Shown here: one piece after another, positions 61,201-64,000 of the stretch | Layout of the letters: every line of letters begins with the position of its first letter | Position numbering within the stretch: position 1 is the first letter of the stretch | Source: Antedon mediterranea | Taxonomy: Eukaryota; Animalia; Echinodermata | Reading direction: 5' to 3' | DNA: 64,000 bases | Assembly: GCF_964355755.1 (NCBI RefSeq) | Contig: NC_092670.1 | Span: 15,610,795-15,674,794, forward strand | Position numbers and translations under genes: made by a program | The notes under the pieces: model-generated | Seen by the model: only the letters and a program-made list of their open reading frames with translations | Database searches by the model: none | What the model was told of the DNA's origin: nothing

Positions 61201-63644
61201 TTTTCACATAATGGTATGGTTAAATCATATGTAATCATAGGAAATTTACTTTAATTTCGAGGTGATCCCTATGTCATAAGAAATGGATAGGAATTTCTTG
61301 CTAACAGTATGTTAAGGAAAATATATCCTGTTCTAATCTAGGCGTTGTTATGACAACAATTATCAAAGATAATTTGTTTTTGTTTTTCATTTTCGTACAT
61401 CACCAGAAAAGGTTCTTTGAATGGTAAAGTTGACTTCACTTGCATGCACAGATTTTATAGCATTCATTGGGCGTTTCGCTCATTAATTTCTCTCTTTTAT
61501 TTTTAGCATTATTTATTTTATTTACCTAACAAAAAAATGTAATGAAAACTATTTATTTTGTCTTTTTTAAAGGACACTCAGAAAAAACCTAAACCAATAT
61601 CGACATCATCATCCAACGAGAATGAGAGGGATGATGAAGTATCCCCGACGACTGTACCACCAGTCAGACGCAGAAGAGGAGGGGTCAGCGCTGAGGTCGT
61701 TACAGAACACGAGATTAAATCATACGTAAAGAAAGTAAGTATCATGTTTTCATCTCAATGCAAACCTAGTTTTTATATGACCTAACTAGGATAGGATGCA
61801 AGTGTAGGACACACAACTGGTGCTCACCGGTTTTAAATTAGTTTTGGGGTTTTTAGACTTTTGATTTTTCTTTTGGTTCTCAATTGTATGAAATATTTAA
61901 GAGTATTTCACGATATTAAGAGTTTTCACGACATTAAATGCTATATAAATCCAAGATTATTATACAGTATTTTTATATAATATATATTACTGTATACATT
62001 TTTTATATAATAAATATTTATACAAAAAACACCTCTGCACTATTTGTAGTTTAATTTAACACGCAACATATTATTCTTCATTGTTTAAATTTTAATTAGT
62101 GTTAAGTGTATGAAACTGGCGACATCAGTGAAAGCTAAACAGATCATTTAAGCTGTAATCTTTAATGAACTGTAATCATGAATGTGTTGTTATCGATTCA
62201 TTCCATTATATAGTTTACATTTACTGTCTCGTATAAATTTTATAGTAGTATTTTATGTATATAAATTTACATGCATTAGAGAAACTCCACTCCAAAGCCT
62301 GTGTATATATATAGCCATTAAAAGACATTCTAAACCACCTCGTGGTGATAATTTTGAAATGATAATTTAAAGATGAGTAAATCAACCCAACTCGGATTCA
62401 AACTTGGATCCTTCTGCTTAAAATACAGATGTCCTAACCATTAGACCACTGGGGTTTCATGGTAATGTTCAAATCTCGTACCTTGTTTTTATGCAGTTGG
62501 TGTTTGAAATTAAAAAAATAAATTACAACCGACAATAAGAAAATGCTGTGCAAGCCACTAAAACACTAAACTTTAAAGTCTACACTATCAAACTTTATGC
62601 GACAACAAAATGTGATGTGGCCAAATATGGACATAATGATGTCATATCATACCATATTTGGGCACATCACTTTTTTGGCAAACTAGTTTGATAGTGTAGA
62701 CAGAGCTTTAGTTCAAAGTATGCATGCTCTTCTACAGTAAATCTAGTAATTACCGACCTATTATTCTCTTTGTTAGGTTGTGCCTAAGGACTACAAGACC
62801 ATGGCAGCTCTGTCTAAAGCAATTGCTAAGAATGTGCTTTTTGCTCATCTTGATGACAATGAAAGGAGGTAAACCATTTTCTTTTATTTATTAATTTTTT
62901 GATTATATCTTCTAATTGTCTAAATAAAAAAAACTTGATTGTGTGTCAGTCAGTGTCAGAACTATTTGGAAAAGAAGACGTGTACAAAAATGCAAAAAAA
63001 AGTATTTTTGTTTCCCTTTCCCTATTTTTTTTTCCATATCTTTTGTTCTTAATTTCAGTGATATATTTGATGCTATGTTCCCTGTTAAACACAATGCAGG
63101 AGAAGTGGTTATTCAACAGGGTAAGGAAACATTGATTTTATAGAGAAAGTATGCAAACCTTAAGGTTATAATGGATAAACTGGAGTATAAATAGAATTCT
63201 GATGTTTGATGTTTACACATCTTGTTTTTTAGGTGATGAAGGTGACAACTTTTATGTAATTGATAAAGGAGAAGTAGAGGTAAGCAGATAGTAGATAGCA
63301 GATAGATAGTAATTAATGAATTGAAGTATACTTACAGTATATATTCAGAAATATATTTGATTTTCAGTATGCTTTTATACATGAATTTTTCAAATATATA
63401 AAAAGAGCAGAATAGACGACCCAAATAATCCTTATACACAGAAGATTCATTTCCATTAGCTTCTTAAAAACAGTCGTTATTTGTATGTTTGTAGAGCAAT
63501 TTGATTTTGTTGTTATTCAGTCTCGTTATTGTCTTTATGTTTTAGGTATATGTAAACGGTGACATGGTAACGACTATCAGTGATGGTGGTAGTTTCGGTG
63601 AGCTGGCCCTCATCTATGGCACTCCAAGAGCCGCTACTGTAAAG
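55285..63644 (+). CDS. PRKAR1: cAMP-dependent protein kinase type I regulatory subunit, 5' part (continues beyond window)
   Basis: Exons 55285-55449, 61573-61734, 62777-62868, 63059-63120, 63233-63279, 63546-63644. D/D domain [23 protein letters not shown], pseudosubstrate [33 protein letters not shown], cNMP cassette [16 protein letters not shown]. Confidence 0.97.
56230..57305. mobile_element. Second copy of the 510-1300 repeat, split by a nested insertion
   Basis: Homology to 510-910 before 56635 and to 1178-1300 after about 57190. Confidence 0.8.
56635..57171. mobile_element. 537-bp non-autonomous Kolobok-like DNA transposon
   Basis: Perfect 16-bp TIR agatgtattgtccctt / aagggacaatacatct, TTAA on both sides, and AG..CT termini. 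Confidence 0.8.
59460..59531 (+). CDS. Candidate alternative first coding exon of PKA-RI ([24 protein letters not shown])
   Basis: ATG in good context (gggtATGg), 24 sense codons, then a consensus GTAAGT donor in phase 0 that matches the phase-0 acceptor at 61573. Confidence 0.55.
60461..60751. repeat. Direct duplication of about 140 bp
   Basis: accagttacaagtatacctt.tatg.gctatatgcgcggtactcaaagtaatatgttaatt occurs twice. Confidence 0.85.
62577..62707. mobile_element. MITE family A copy
   Basis: gtctacactatcaaact ... agtttgatagtgtagacagagct. Confidence 0.85.
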
Positions 63645-63661
63645 GTTAGTCAATCAACTAA

Positions 63662-63823
63662 AGCTCTGTCTACACTATCAAACTATTTTGACAAAAAAAA
63701 GTGTGATGTGCTCAAATATGGTAGTGATATGCTTAAATATGGTAATGATATGACATCATCATGTCCATATATGGGCACATCACATTTTGTTGTCACATAA
63801 AGTTTGATAGTGTAGACAGAGTT
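63662..63823. mobile_element. MITE family A copy
   Basis: Both TIRs present, with TAA on both flanks. Confidence 0.85.
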
Positions 63824-64000
63824 TAAAACATACTAATGTTTTTATTTCCCTTTTCCTCGCATCCAGCTGTAATTGGAACCTCAATACCCATTTGGTTTTA
63901 GGCAAATTAGAATGAATACGATAATAAGTTAAAGGTAATTGGAAATATAATATTAGCGAGCTGTAGCCTGGTGATTAACGTGCTAGCCTTCCAATCTCAA

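Overview
AT-rich, intron-rich eukaryotic genomic DNA with GT-AG introns, from an invertebrate animal. A deuterostome such as an echinoderm is a guess from composition and repeat types only. I rebuilt the spliced genes by hand. In order: the 3' end of lipin (+); a tandem array of four Cas1_AcylT-domain genes (+), each with 3 core coding exons, that look like plant REDUCED WALL ACETYLATION proteins rather than full-length animal CASD1; peroxisomal 2,4-dienoyl-CoA reductase DECR2 (+); INTS15/C7orf26 (-); a 3-exon orphan gene with a CxxC/His6 motif (+); LENG8 (-); and the 5' part of a type I PKA regulatory subunit (+). Introns and intergenic DNA carry several MITE families, a LINE remnant, tRNA-derived SINEs, a foldback element and minisatellites. 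Best leads: (1) the expanded array of RWA-like membrane O-acyltransferases lacking the CASD1 lumenal catalytic domain, (2) a minimal type I hammerhead ribozyme motif inside that array, (3) a hidden in-frame alternative first exon of PKA-RI that would remove the dimerisation/docking domain, and (4) the orphan gene. Family assignments rest on recalled motifs; no database search was run.
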